Positions 39,501 through 51,604 of a stretch of DNA of 64,000 bases are shown here, in pieces. Numbering within the stretch: the first letter of the stretch is position 1; each line of letters opens with the position of its first letter. The notes beneath the pieces were generated by a model. It was given only the letters and a program-made list of their open reading frames with translations. It was not told where the DNA came from and did not search any database. The DNA comes from Eledone cirrhosa. Its lineage: Eukaryota. Made by a program: the position numbers and the translations under genes. The DNA is taken from positions 5,146,001-5,210,000 of the forward strand of contig OZ024759.1 in the NCBI GenBank assembly GCA_964016885.1, in the 5' to 3' direction.

Positions 39501-42415
39501 GTATAGTGCGAAGGGAAATCGCAGTAGAGTTGCTTTTGATCCGGGTTCAAAGCATGTTCCCTATTATGCTTGAACCACTCAGTCAATTCCGTCTTAGGAG
39601 GTGGTGCGTTAGCAATTCTTTCTATACCTCTTCTACTGTCCTTAAAACAGACCATTTGCCTATTCTCTAAGTGAACCGTCAGTTTCTGAACGCTGTGTTT
39701 GCGTTCATTGAGATCAAAATCGAACAATCTCCAGCAAGCTTCGCTAGATCCAATCGAGCGAACATCCTGGAACCTGCCAACTTCATCTCCTTGGTTCGCT
39801 TCCTCATTCCTGACATTCATCATTGCCCCATCATGACCTTTGTAAACATACTTGAATAGATATTTGCAAGCTTTCACTGAGCTACAAATTTCCACATTAA
39901 TATGACAATGATATTTCATAATCAAATATGGATTGTATGGCACAACCCATTGATTTGTAACCTGTCGACCGTTTACATTTTCGACCAAACCGCCATCGGC
40001 AGGCGACCGTCTTCTGTATGAGGGATGAGCATCCCCATCATTCCAGGAAGTGTTCGTGACAAAAGATTTCGGAAAGTGCTTACTGCATTGGCCATTTTTC
40101 ATGCAAGGCGCTTTCCGATTTGCCACTCCGCATTGGTTGTGCACCATTGACTTTGCCACCAAGTTGCATAGTGCCTCATTCTCCGGCAGTTCAGCACACA
40201 CAATGCTGTCGACATCCTCAGCACATCACAATTTGCTATGTCTATGTAAAATGATCAGCAAATGTGCATGTGGCAATCCTCTTTTTTGGAATTCAATTAC
40301 ATATGTAAAAGCAACTATACCTCCAAAGATTCCCTCTTTTTCCACATCATCCATTATCTTTTTCAGATATCCTTTGAATACTCTTGCCACAATATCAGGA
40401 CGGTCCTTTGGCTGTTGTCCTGGCAAAAGTGCATCCTTAATATCAGTCCATTCAGGATTGCATGTAACAGTTATAAACAAATCTGGCTTTCCAAACTTTC
40501 TGACAATAGCCATTGCATCCTGATAGCGAATGTTCATATATCTCGGGCCGCCGATGAACGACGATGGCAAAATGATGCGTCGACCAATTTGCTTGTAATT
40601 GGCATCATCGGCTGTTATCGCATCCTGTATATTATTATACAATTCAGCTCTGATATGTTGCTGATGTGTAGCTATATAATTTAGCCTTTGATTTTCGATC
40701 TTTGCGTATGCTATACAACAGTATTCCTGGAACAATCTGCTGGCTTGAAATAGCGCATTTCTCTGTTGATTCCTCTCGTTCAAATGGAACGCGTAAAAGT
40801 CGCGAATCGAATTATTGTGTCTATTGCCACCTCCCTGTTGATGCTGATTCTCATGATCATCTAAATGAACAGACATGTTCCATCCATTTTCACCTTTTGG
40901 GAATAAAAGAACATAATGCAATGGATGGTATGTCCTATTTGACTCATTGATAGTGTTGAGACCACCATCTCTGCGATTGAGGGCGATATCTCTCGATCCA
41001 GGCTTATCGTCCATCAACACAGCAACTTCACGAAATCCTTCGGGGGCATTATATCGCCGTTCGTGTTGATTCCTTGGCACTGCGTCAGCCTTAATCACCA
41101 ATGTTTGTTGCTGAACATTCTGCAGTTCAGCCACCAACATGAAATCCATAACATAAGGATTACACTGTCTAAGCCATGATTGCAAATCATGGATCAAATC
41201 ACTTAACCTTTGCCGTTCAAGTTCAGTTATATTTCCCGGCAACTTCATCCAACCGATCCTGATATCCTCCTCCGATTCACTATAATCTGGATTGTTAACG
41301 TAAATTTGAGCGAATCAAGGCCTCTCTCCTGGGGTAACTTCTAAATTATCGATACAATGATACAAACGGCATTGAATGACGACATTCGGTTGCCATGCTC
41401 CACTCTCAAACATCTCACTAACTCTCTGCGATGCTAAAGCTAATAAATTGTTAATTTGCCGCGAATATTTGCGCAGTAATCTACCTCGGTCTCATTGATC
41501 ACCCCACATACTTAGTATTTTAAACTCCGGTGACTCCCCATCATCCGGCATTCGCAAAGGTTCTAGTTGAACTGCTCCTTTGTGACAGCACATTGTGGTC
41601 CACGTCTTTTCGTGCCACCAAAGCAATGCTCCACAATGTGGAGACCCTGGTCGTCCACCAATCTGACAGTGACACGGTTGCCATGATCCATTTTTAATAT
41701 CATTCGTTCGCCTCTTTACTGGAATGAGGAGCACTTTGCGACACATTCCCTGAACTTCTGTATTGCGCTGGCGCTGTTCAGCCAGCTCCTCTTCATCCAC
41801 CGGAGCACGCCATTGCTGCTGAATTCTGGCCACCTGCTGATGATGCTCAGCCAGTTCGTTTTTCAACCATCGCAGCACTCCGTCGCCGCTGTAGTTCACT
41901 GTTTGATAAAGTCGAATTGCTTTTCTTATCAGTATTCATTTGGAGCAATTGTAAAAAAAAATGACACAATAATAAATATAAAAGATGTCCGTCAATGTAA
42001 AGAAATGTCCCTATTTACTCCCTTCACAACTCTGTGTATGACAGACAGGCACACAGACAGATAAACTGCGCGGCGATTGTGGAACGTCACACGCATACAC
42101 GCATGGAAACGCGCACACGCACACAAACTTACACACGCACACACTCACACATGTTGATAGTTTTTACTTTCTGTGGAACACTGCACGCACGCACACACAC
42201 ATAAACATACGCGCACATACATACACACGCATACATGTTAATAGTTATTGAACACAGTGTTCACACTCTCCCCTCTCACTCCCTCATTGGCATTATGCAT
42301 ATTAATTTCAGTTTGGCGTCGTTGGGGTGGGCGGAGTCCTTTGAAACCTATGAACCAATGATAATCGAGAATTGTGACACACGGAATACTGACGTTCTTC
42401 AAATTAATAAATAGA
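36574..42415 (-). mobile_element. Large Helitron (RepHel-encoding)
   Basis: A|TCTATTTATT 5' end at 42415; 3' CCCGGGCGAAGCTAGG hairpin and CTAG at 36574; RepHel ORF pieces inside. Confidence 0.92.
37487..41899 (-). pseudogene. Helitron RepHel (HUH endonuclease + PIF1 helicase), broken by several frameshifts and stops
   Basis: KPDLFITVTCNP, EFQKRGLPHAHLLI, KYLFKYVYKG, GGTGKT, IWDEAPM, GGDFRQVLP, TVNKAQGQT and FSHGQLYVAASRV. Confidence 0.95.
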
Positions 42416-43207
42416 TATATATATATCATCATCATCATCATCATCATCATTTTACGTCCGCTTTTCTCTGCTTGCAAGCCATGTGCCTCTTCCTATATAT
42501 ACATATATACTATATACATATACACACATATACATATATATATATGTATATATATATATGTATATATATATACGTAATTAATACATGCATACATTTATTT
42601 TTTTTAAATTAATTGAGTTCTTAACACGCAGGATTAAAATTGTTTTTAAAAAAACTAATTAACCCACGTGGATATTATTTTACTTTCTTGTGTTTCGCGA
42701 TTGCCTCCCTTTTCCGCTTCGTGACGCTGTGAAATTCCTCAGTCTAGGACTGCTGGAATTTCAAATTTGGCGGTCATTATGATGCGTGAAGGGACGACTT
42801 AGCTGACACGAAAAATAACTGCAGTAAGAAATGTTTTCTTATATCAATGTTTGAAGGGCATCCACTGATGATTTATAAGTGCCCACCTGCATATGTTCTT
42901 ACAGAAAAATATGTAGGCTTCTACATAAACCGGAAACATTCTCCCAACTTGTAGAAAACTTATAATGAAACAATTGTTTGGAAAGAGAGATATATTTTAA
43001 TTTTAATTATATCTCATATAAAATAATACAACTGGTTTTCCACAAAATACATATAGTTAGCACCCCAAACACAAAATTGGGATTATACTAAGGTATATCC
43101 TAATGTTTGTTGAGTGAGATGGTAGTCAGTCAGAGTTTAGCTTAAAGCTTTCTCTGTTATTGTATTAAATATATGTATATATATATATATATATGTATCT
43201 ATATATA

Positions 43208-46165
43208 TCACCTTGACCGACCAGTCTGTCGGGCGTCCATTCGACGCCGCTGGTCACAGCACGCCGTCCATTCCTCTCCGTATTGTGCTTTCCTCATCCA
43301 TGTAGTCCCAATCATATTCCTAAAATTATCTGCCACCTTCATGGAGGCCTTCCGAGTGGTCGCTTCCACTCGCACGGGTACCACTCCGCAACTGCGCAGG
43401 TCCAGTGATTATCGGTGAACCGGGCGACGTGTCCAGCCCATCTGAACTTGCTGCGTATATATTGCGCGATGACGTCCCTCACACCGGACTTCTGTCTAAT
43501 GACTTCGCTCCTGATGTGCTCTCTCAACAAGATTCCTAGCATTGATCTCTCCATGGCTCTTTGAGCCGTTACCAGCCTCTGCTCTTCTCTCTTCGTTGTA
43601 GCCCAAGATTCACTGCCATATAACATTGCAGGTAAAACTGTGCTATTGAAGGGGTTGGCGTGGGTGGTCTTGTCCAACCTCCCCTTGAGCACATCCCTTA
43701 TGCCGCTGAACGCCTTCCATCCCTTACTCTCTGCGAGATCAGCCTCTCAATGTATTGGCGCATGTTCACTTCTTGTCCTAGGTAGACGTATTCCTCCACC
43801 TCCTCTATTTCATCACCACCAACCACCATTCGACCTGTTGGTACGTTGTCGGACCGCATGAAGTTCGTTTTCATGCTGTTCATCTTGAGGCCTACTGCAG
43901 AGCTTTTGATGTCGAGCTCCGTCAACATGGTCTGAAGCCGATCCGTGGTTTCAGCGATGAGTACGATGTCATCAGCGAAACGGAGGTGGGTAAGTATCTC
44001 CCCATTGATGGTGACACCGCCTTGCCAGTCAATGCCTCTGATGATCTGCTCGAGACACGCGGTGAAAACTTTTGGAGAGATCGTATCTCCTTGCTTCACT
44101 CCCTTCTCGACCGGCACTCGTACGGGTGATGACAGCAGAGCTGTGTCGGTGGTGCATCCGGAATTCGCCTCCTTGAGCAGTTGAACGTATTCTGCCTCGA
44201 CTCCTTGCCTCTGCAGCGAGTTCAGCACTGCGTTGATTTCGACGCTGTCGAAGGCCTTCTTGTAGTCTACGAACGCGACGCAAAGAGGCATCTTGTACTC
44301 TTTTGCTTGCTCAAGCAGTTGTGTCAGAGTAAATATGTGGTCCATCGTGCTGTAGTTCTTCCGGAAGCCGGCTTGCTCTTTCGGTTGCGGTTCGTCCAGA
44401 TGATGTGATAACCTGTTCAGGATTATCTTCGTGAACAGCTTGTACACGTGAGACAGCAGGAATATGGGTCAGTAGTTCTTCAGATCTTGTCTATCGCCCT
44501 TCTTTTATAGCAGGATGGTATTCGACTCTTTCCACTGCGAGGGTATTCTTCCCTCGTCCAGATCGTGTGTGAATCGCTCGGCGAGGATTTTCCAGAGCTG
44601 TTCTCCGCCTGACTTCAACACCTCCGATGTTATTCCGTCTTTCCCTGGCGCCTTTCCGCTTTTCATTACACCGACGGCTCTTTCCACCTCACCGACAAGG
44701 ATGGGTGGCACATTTTCTTCCTGTTGGAGTGACGGCAACGGCTGCACATTCCCGGCAGACTTGAAGAGCTTGGTGTAGAAGTCTTCGTAAATCTTTTCCA
44801 TCTCATTCTTGTCGCTGACCGGTACTCCAGCTGTGTTCTTCAGGGTCGTCACCTCCGATCTGTACATTGCCATGTCCGTCTCGCATTTCTTGAGGCTCTT
44901 CTTTTCCTCTGCGGCCTTCAGGAGCTTCCCCATCCGGTATGCCTCGAAGTCTCTCTTCAGTTGCCGTATCACTCTGCTGAGAAGGGAATATTCGAGGTGA
45001 TTTTCAGGTGTCCTCTTCATAATCTTCCTCTTCTCAAGCAACTTCATAGTTTCCTCCCAGACTCTTCCCTTCCGCTCCTTCGGGCACACACCCTTAGCCT
45101 TCCTCAAGCACTCCTTCAGTTTCCTTATCAGTGAGTCGTAGTCAGCGTCTATGCCGTCTCCTTTACACCACTTTTCCTGCATGATGGCTTCCTGCTGCTG
45201 CGCCTCGTTGAAGACCCAGACGCGTTCTCCCTTCGACGCCAAATGCAGCGCCTTCTTCTCCCTCGTCCGATCGATGACGACCTTCGGCCTCACCAGACGA
45301 TGATCACTGCCAGTGTTAAATGGCGTTATGACGGAGACGTCCTGCAGTATACGTCGCTTGTCGACCAGGATGTAGTCGATCTCGTTTCCGTGCTCAGAAT
45401 TTAGCGATACCCAGGTCCATCTTTTCTCCTCCTTCTTCCTGAATAGGCTGTTTCCGATGTAGAGCCGTCTCATCTCCGCCATGGTGACCAGACACTCTCC
45501 TCTCTCATTTCGATCTCCTAGGCCGAATTTTCCTACATACTCTTCCCCTTGCCGTCCCTGTCCGACCTTTGCGTTGAAGTCCCCCATCACGACGGTGTAA
45601 GTGGACTTCACAGCTAGCACTTTGTCTAGCTGGCGATAGAATTCTTCCACTTCCTCGTCGTCGCGTAGGTCTGGATGATCTTGAGGGTGGCCTTCCCTGA
45701 GAGGTTTATGTTCAGTACACCAATCCGTGACGATATGAACTGGCAAGAAGTGACCTTCGAAGCCCATTCCTTGCTTACGATAAACCCTATACCAATCTGG
45801 CATCCTCTGCTTTCCCGAGTCTCACGGCGCATCCATCTTGCCATCGGGAATTCGCCTCCTTCTTCTGGCGGGTCTTGCACAGCCCTAACACGTCCCACCT
45901 GATCTTCTTCTTCTCCTCCATTAGGTGGTTCAGTCCTTGCCCCCTGCCAAAGACCTGCAGTTGTATGTGCATATGGCAAGGTTAGTCCTGTTCCATGGCG
46001 GCCTTCGGGAACCTGCGATTCTTAGCAGCCTCTCGTCGCTCGGGTCGCACTCCGCCGTCATGGAGCAGCCCGATTGACTCGCAGGGTACTGAGGCCCTTT
46101 TCTTCGTGCTGTTTTAACCATAAGATGACGCCATCCCATTGGCTGGGCGGGCAGGCCGGTACCTC
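43208..46165 (-). mobile_element. GC-rich RTE-1-like LINE (second family), near full length and degenerate
   Basis: ICTYNCRSL, MGDFNAKVG, IDYIL, SDHRLV, GVKQGDTISPK, HLRFADD and RWAGHVAR; no Cys-rich insert. Confidence 0.92.
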
Positions 46166-46257
46166 TTCAGTTTAGCTAGCTTTTGAACTCTAGAAGATGA
46201 TGAATCATCTCTAGGACCCAATTCGGGTCAAACAAATAAAAAAATATATATATATAC

Positions 46258-46292
<35 letters not shown>

Positions 46293-46294
46293 CA

Positions 46295-46442
46295 TATACT
46301 TGGGGAGGTTCATATTGTTGTAATAATATTGCCAGAAATAATAACAGAACACACTCACTGTTTGGTTGGTTTTCGCTTCTGTATCTTTTATATCTCCATA
46401 GTTAATTTATTTGGCAATCAAAGAACTTTGTTAGACTATATA

Positions 46443-46488
<46 letters not shown>

Positions 46489-46614
46489 ACCATTGGTCAA
46501 TCAATGCCAAATAAATTAACTATGGAGATATAAAAGATACAGAAGCGAAAACCAACCAAACAGTGTTATTATTTCTGGCAATATTATTACAACAATATGA
46601 ACCTCCCCAAGTAT

Positions 46615-46615
<1 letters not shown>
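46295..46615. repeat. Inverted repeat with ~110-120-bp arms
   Basis: 46295-46416 is the reverse complement of 46505-46615 apart from one ~11-bp indel; the spacer contains (TA)n. Confidence 0.9.
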
Positions 46616-46673
<58 letters not shown>

Positions 46674-47435
46674 TATATACACACACACATATATATATAC
46701 ACACACACATATATATACACACACATATATATACACACACATATATATATACACACATATATATATATACATATATATATATACACATCATCATCATCAT
46801 TCTACGTCCACTTTTCCCTGCTTGCAAGGGTGGGATGGGAACTGATCCTGGCTTGATTTCTACAGCTGGATGCCCTTCCTAACACCAACCTCATTTACAG
46901 TGAGTGCTGGGTGCTTTACAGACCACTTTACAGTGGAATGATAGGGACCCCAGTCCCTATCATCTCATTTCTACAGCTGAGTAAACTGGAGCAATGTGAA
47001 ATAAAGTGTCTTGCTCAAGGAAACAACGCATCACGTGGTCTGAGAATTGAACTCACAACCTTTCGATTGCAAGGCCAATGCTCTAACTACTAAGCCATGT
47101 GCCTCCATTCATATATATATACATATATATATATACACACACATATATATCTAAGTCTAAAGTCTGTCTTAAGCCAGCAGGCTCATTTGGCCGGTGCTTA
47201 TACCGGTTTCATGGCGTGAAGTGAGTGGGAGTACAAGACTACCCCCTGGACAGGATGCCAGTCCATCGCAGGGTTAAACCTCCAGCTATTACTGGTACAC
47301 ATTTTCAGCTGAGTAAACTGGAGCAACGTGAAATAAAGTGTCTTTCTCAAGGAAACAACACATCACCCGGTCCAAGAATGGAACTCACACCTTTCGATTG
47401 AAAGCCTAATGCTCTAACCACTAAGCCATGTGCCT

Positions 47436-47517
<82 letters not shown>

Positions 47518-47736
47518 AGTATGTATGTATGTATACATACATACATATATGTATACAGACGTATAGTAGTATGTATATATATACATACATGCACACATAT
47601 ATATATGTACGTATCAGTTTACCAAACATTTATTATAATGCTCGGTTTGTTTGTTTGTAAACAAACAAACAGCCCGAATTACGCCGTACAGTGTTTAGGC
47701 AACCACGTCACCTTTTTGTTCAACACTGACACAGGA

Positions 47737-47779
47737 ATGATGTACTAGTTTCAAGCTTATTAGCTATCGTCAGCATTGT
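47737..47779 (-). ncRNA. Minimal type I hammerhead motif
   Basis: ACAAUG-CUGACGA-UAGCU(AAUA)AGCUU-GAAAC(UA)GUA^CAU. Confidence 0.6.
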
Positions 47780-48297
47780 ATACCTTCCTGCCAGATGGTT
47801 GAACGTCTGAAAGTATATACTTTCCTTATGCATATTAACGGCTGAGCAGCCTAATTTGCATATCGAGTGAGATCAGTCGGCTGGGCACACCGAAAACGAT
47901 AAATGGAATAGAATGAAATGAAATTTCATTTCTCACTCTTAGTAAGGCACTTACTTAAATGTAAGTATGTATGTATACGTACATACATATATGTATACAG
48001 ACGTACAGTAGTATGTATATATATACATACATGCACACATATATATATGCACGTATCGGTTTACCGAACATTTATTATAATGTTCGGTTTATTTGTTTGT
48101 AAACAAACAAACAGCCCGAATTACGCCGTACAGTGTTTAGGCAACCACGTCACCTTCGTTTCATTCTATTCCATTTATCGTTTTCAGTGTGCCCGGCCGA
48201 CTGAACTCACTCAATATGCAAATTAGGCTGCTCAGCCATTAATATGCATAAGGAAAGTATATACTTTCAGATGTTCAACCATCTAGCAGGAAGGTAT

Positions 48298-48340
48298 ACG
48301 GTGCTGACGATAGCTAATAAGCTTGAAATGAGTACATTGT
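48298..48340 (+). ncRNA. Minimal type I hammerhead motif (inverted copy of 47737)
   Basis: ACGGUG-CUGACGA-UAGCUAAUAAGCUU-GAAAU(GA)GUA^CAUUGU; helix I pairs using two G-U wobbles. Confidence 0.55.
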
Positions 48341-48667
48341 TCCTGTGTCAGTGTTGAACAAAAAGGTGACGTGGTTGCCTAAACATTGTACGGCGTAATT
48401 CGGGCTGTTTACAAACAAACAAACCGGACATTATAATAAATGTTCAGTAAACCGATACGTGCATATATATATGTGTGCATGTATGTATATATATATATAT
48501 ATGTATATACATATATATATATATACACACACACACACAATTATATAGAACAATAAAATATGGCACCAGATGTTCAACCCAAGACCTTATGATTGAGAAC
48601 AGCACACCTGTAACCTCTAAGCTATATATCTTCACACAGACTTTCTGATAAAGACAGAAGTACCCAC

Positions 48668-48805
48668 CTGACTGACAGTTGTCTCCCCTGAAACCAGCTG
48701 CACATCCAACACTAGAACACACCCCAGATTTAATGTCGCAATGATCGTTGTCAGCACAGTGGCACAAATACTGACAGTTCAAGCCAAAATAACCCTTTTT
48801 ACATT
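48668..48805 (-). CDS. EGF-like repeat exon
   Basis: 138 bp, phase 1-1, AG/GT; CKKGYFGLNCQYLCHCADNDHCDIKSGVCSSVGCAAGFRGDNCQS. Confidence 0.9.
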
Positions 48806-49289
48806 CTGAAAAAAAAAAAAAAAGAAAATAGAATTATATACACAACATATATATAAAATTATACACAATAACACATATATACAATTATACACAGCTATAA
48901 CATACATATACACAATTATACATAACTATAATGCCAATGTGCGTGAATGACCAAGCATAGACGAGTTGAGAAAGAAACTGGGTATAAGAGGGATAAGTTG
49001 TGGTGTGTAGGAGAGAAGGCTGAGCTGAGATGGTATGGACATGTGATGCGCATGGAGGATGACCGCTGGGTAAAGAAGTGCCAAGAAATCCCAGTAGAAG
49101 GAAGACGCAGTAGAGGTAGACCATGAAAAACATGGGCGGAGGTGGTGAGAGAAGACCTCAAATTGCTGAAACTCACGGAGGAGATGACAAGGGACCGTGA
49201 CGAATGAAGAGATGCCATGCTTAATAAGACCCGTCCCACCCTTGCAAGCAGGGAAAAGCGGACGTAAAATGATGATGATGATGATAATA

Positions 49290-49765
49290 ATAAAATTATT
49301 GTGTACAGTGCTCAGGTGCACTACAACTCATCAATGGTGAATGTATAGTACATTAGTGAACAGACAGTGAACAGTGTATGAGTCATGAGATACACACAGA
49401 CACATGCATGCGTGTGTATGGAGGGGGAATATCAGGTGTAGTGTTGGCGCAAAAAAAAAATAAAAGGAAATACTTACAGCACCTAGGTTTCTCAAGTGGT
49501 TTCCCATCTAAGTACTAACTAGGCTCGAGTCAAGATATATGTGTGTGTGTGTATGTATGTATGGAGGGGGAATATTAGGTGCAAGGTTGGCGAATTTCAG
49601 GCAACATGGAGGTTTTAAAGGATGCAGTGTCCCGGCAGCTAACAACTGATGCAGGTAGTTTGTTCCATGCTTCAGTGAATTTCAGGAAGCATGGAGGTTT
49701 TAAAGGATGCAGTGTCCTGGCAGCACACAACTGATGCGGGTAGTTTGTTCCATACTTCAGCAAAT
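49290..49765 (-). mobile_element. CR1/L2-like LINE 3' end; second copy at about 55805-56052 (+)
   Basis: EAWNKLPASVVSCRDTASFK C-terminal motif with an (ATT)n tail. Confidence 0.75.
49472..49529 (-). pseudogene. 5S rRNA 3'-half fragment (pseudogene or SINE3 head)
   Basis: Minus strand CTCGAGCCTAGTTAGTACTTAGATGGGAAACCACTTGAGAAACCTAGGTGCTGTAAG resembles the metazoan 5S 3' half (GCCTGGTTAGTACTTGGATGGGAGACCGCCTGGGAATACCGGGTGCTGTAGG), followed by a T run. Confidence 0.8.
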
Positions 49766-50328
49766 TTTTATATATATTGATTGACCAACAGTTAAAAAAT
49801 ATAAATATAAATATAGTTTCTCAGAGTTTTTTCATCACATATCTGTGACATCATCAGTGATATTTCTATGCTTGTCATATTCCTGTGATGTTTTCTTATT
49901 CTATTTTATTTATTTGCAGTAGTTCCAACGTAAAAGACTTTCATAATAGTTGATCACTATAAATAACAGTTAGGAAAACCAGATAAAGTACATGTGGAGA
50001 TAGAAAGAAGTAGACGGAGGGTCCTGTAAGGAACAGGTGCAAGTTTGCTTCCTTGCAAATACTTCTGTCTACATCTACCTTTCTCCTGAGATACTTTACT
50101 ACCCACATTAACCTGTCACCTGTGGTCCATTACTGTCTACCAGGAATAATAATTGTTTCTACTTTAGGCACAAGGTCAGAAATTATCCAAGTGTATTACT
50201 GGTACTTTATTTTATCGACCCCGTAAGGATGAAAGGCAAAGTTAACTTCGGTGGGATTTGAACTCAGATTGTAAAGGGACATAACTATGCTGGAAAGCAC
50301 GGCATCCGACTCTCTACCGATACTGCCA

Positions 50329-51228
50329 TAATACAGTTATACTAGTTAGAAGTAGAAATAAAAGACTATTAAACATATGTAGTCATTAATAATATAGTTA
50401 TACTAGTTAGTAGTAAAAGTAAAAGAGTAATACACCTATGTAGCCATTAATAATATAGTTATACTAGTTAGTAGTAAAAGTAAAAGAGTAATAAACCTAT
50501 GTAGTCATTAATAATATAGTTATACTAGTTAGTAGTAAAAGTAAAAGAGTAATAAACCTATGTAGTCATTAATAATATAGTTATACTAGTTAGTAGTAAA
50601 AGTAATAGAGTAATAAACCTATGTAGTCATTAATAATATAGTTATACTAGTTAGTAGTAAAAGTAAAAGAGTATTAAACATATGTAGTCATTAATAATAT
50701 AGTTATACTAGTTAGTAGTAAAAGTAAAAGAGTATTAAACATATGTAGTCATTAATAATATAGTTATACTAGTTAGTAGTAAAAGTGAAAGAGTAATACA
50801 CCTATGTAGTCATTAATAATTTAGTTATACTAGTTAGTAGTAAAAGTGAAAGAGTAATACACCTATGTAGCCATTAATAATATAGTTATACTAGTTAGTA
50901 GTAAAAGTAAAAGAGTAATAAACCTATGTAGACATTAATAATATAGTTATACTAGTTAGTAGTAAACGTAAAAGAGTAATAAACATATGTAGACATTAAT
51001 AATATAGTTATACTAGTAAGTAGTAAAAGTAAAAGAGTAATAAACCTATGTAGACATTAATAATATAGTTATACTAGTTAGTAGTAAACGTAAAAGAGTA
51101 ATAAACATATGTAGACATTAATAATATAGTTATACTAGTTAGTAGTAAAAGTAAAAGAGTAATAAACATATGTAGACATTAATAATATAGTTATACTAGT
51201 TAGTAGTAAACGTAAAAGAGTATTAAAC
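50329..51228. repeat. 61-bp AT-rich minisatellite, about 15 copies
   Basis: Unit TAATATAGTTATACTAGTTAGTAGTAAAAGTAAAAGAGTAATAAACCTATGTAGTCATTAA. Confidence 0.95.
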
Positions 51229-51232
51229 CAAC

Positions 51233-51370
51233 CAGTTTGACAATCAGTTCCTATATAGCCTGGTTCACAGTTGCCCTCTTCACAAACACCATTGGTTCTG
51301 TTGCAGTATTTACTTTCTTCACAATGACAAACCTTTTGACAGTTAGACCCAAAAGTATTGCTTGGACAGA
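51233..51370 (-). CDS. EGF-like repeat exon
   Basis: 138 bp, phase 1-1; CPSNTFGSNCQKVCHCEESKYCNRTNGVCEEGNCEPGYIGTDCQT. Confidence 0.9.
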
Positions 51371-51604
51371 CTGGATGAAATAAAGGATCAAACAGAAATT
51401 TAGTAAATTTAACCCTTTAGCATTTACATTACTTTATATATATATACTATTGTATTTTTACAGTAAACACTTTATCACATATTATGGAGTCTAGGAGATT
51501 TTGATGATGATATTATTTATTTTGAGATGAATACCTTAATGTCAGTATTGGTGACCGGTTATTGAAAGAAGTCAATATATAACCCTTTAGCATTTACATT
51601 ACTC

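Larger units (their letters stand above)
47515..48500. mobile_element. Penelope-like pseudo-LTR cluster (tandem plus inverted copies) carrying HHRs
   Basis: Arrangement A-B-A'-rc(B)-rc(A), with an HHR in each B; part of A also occurs at 5481-5605. Confidence 0.6.

Noticed and set aside
43134-46177. AGTTTAGCT as the target-site duplication of the GC-rich RTE
   Set aside because: The left copy is separated from the element tail by ~30 bp of unrelated sequence, and a 9-bp match in AT-rich DNA may be chance.
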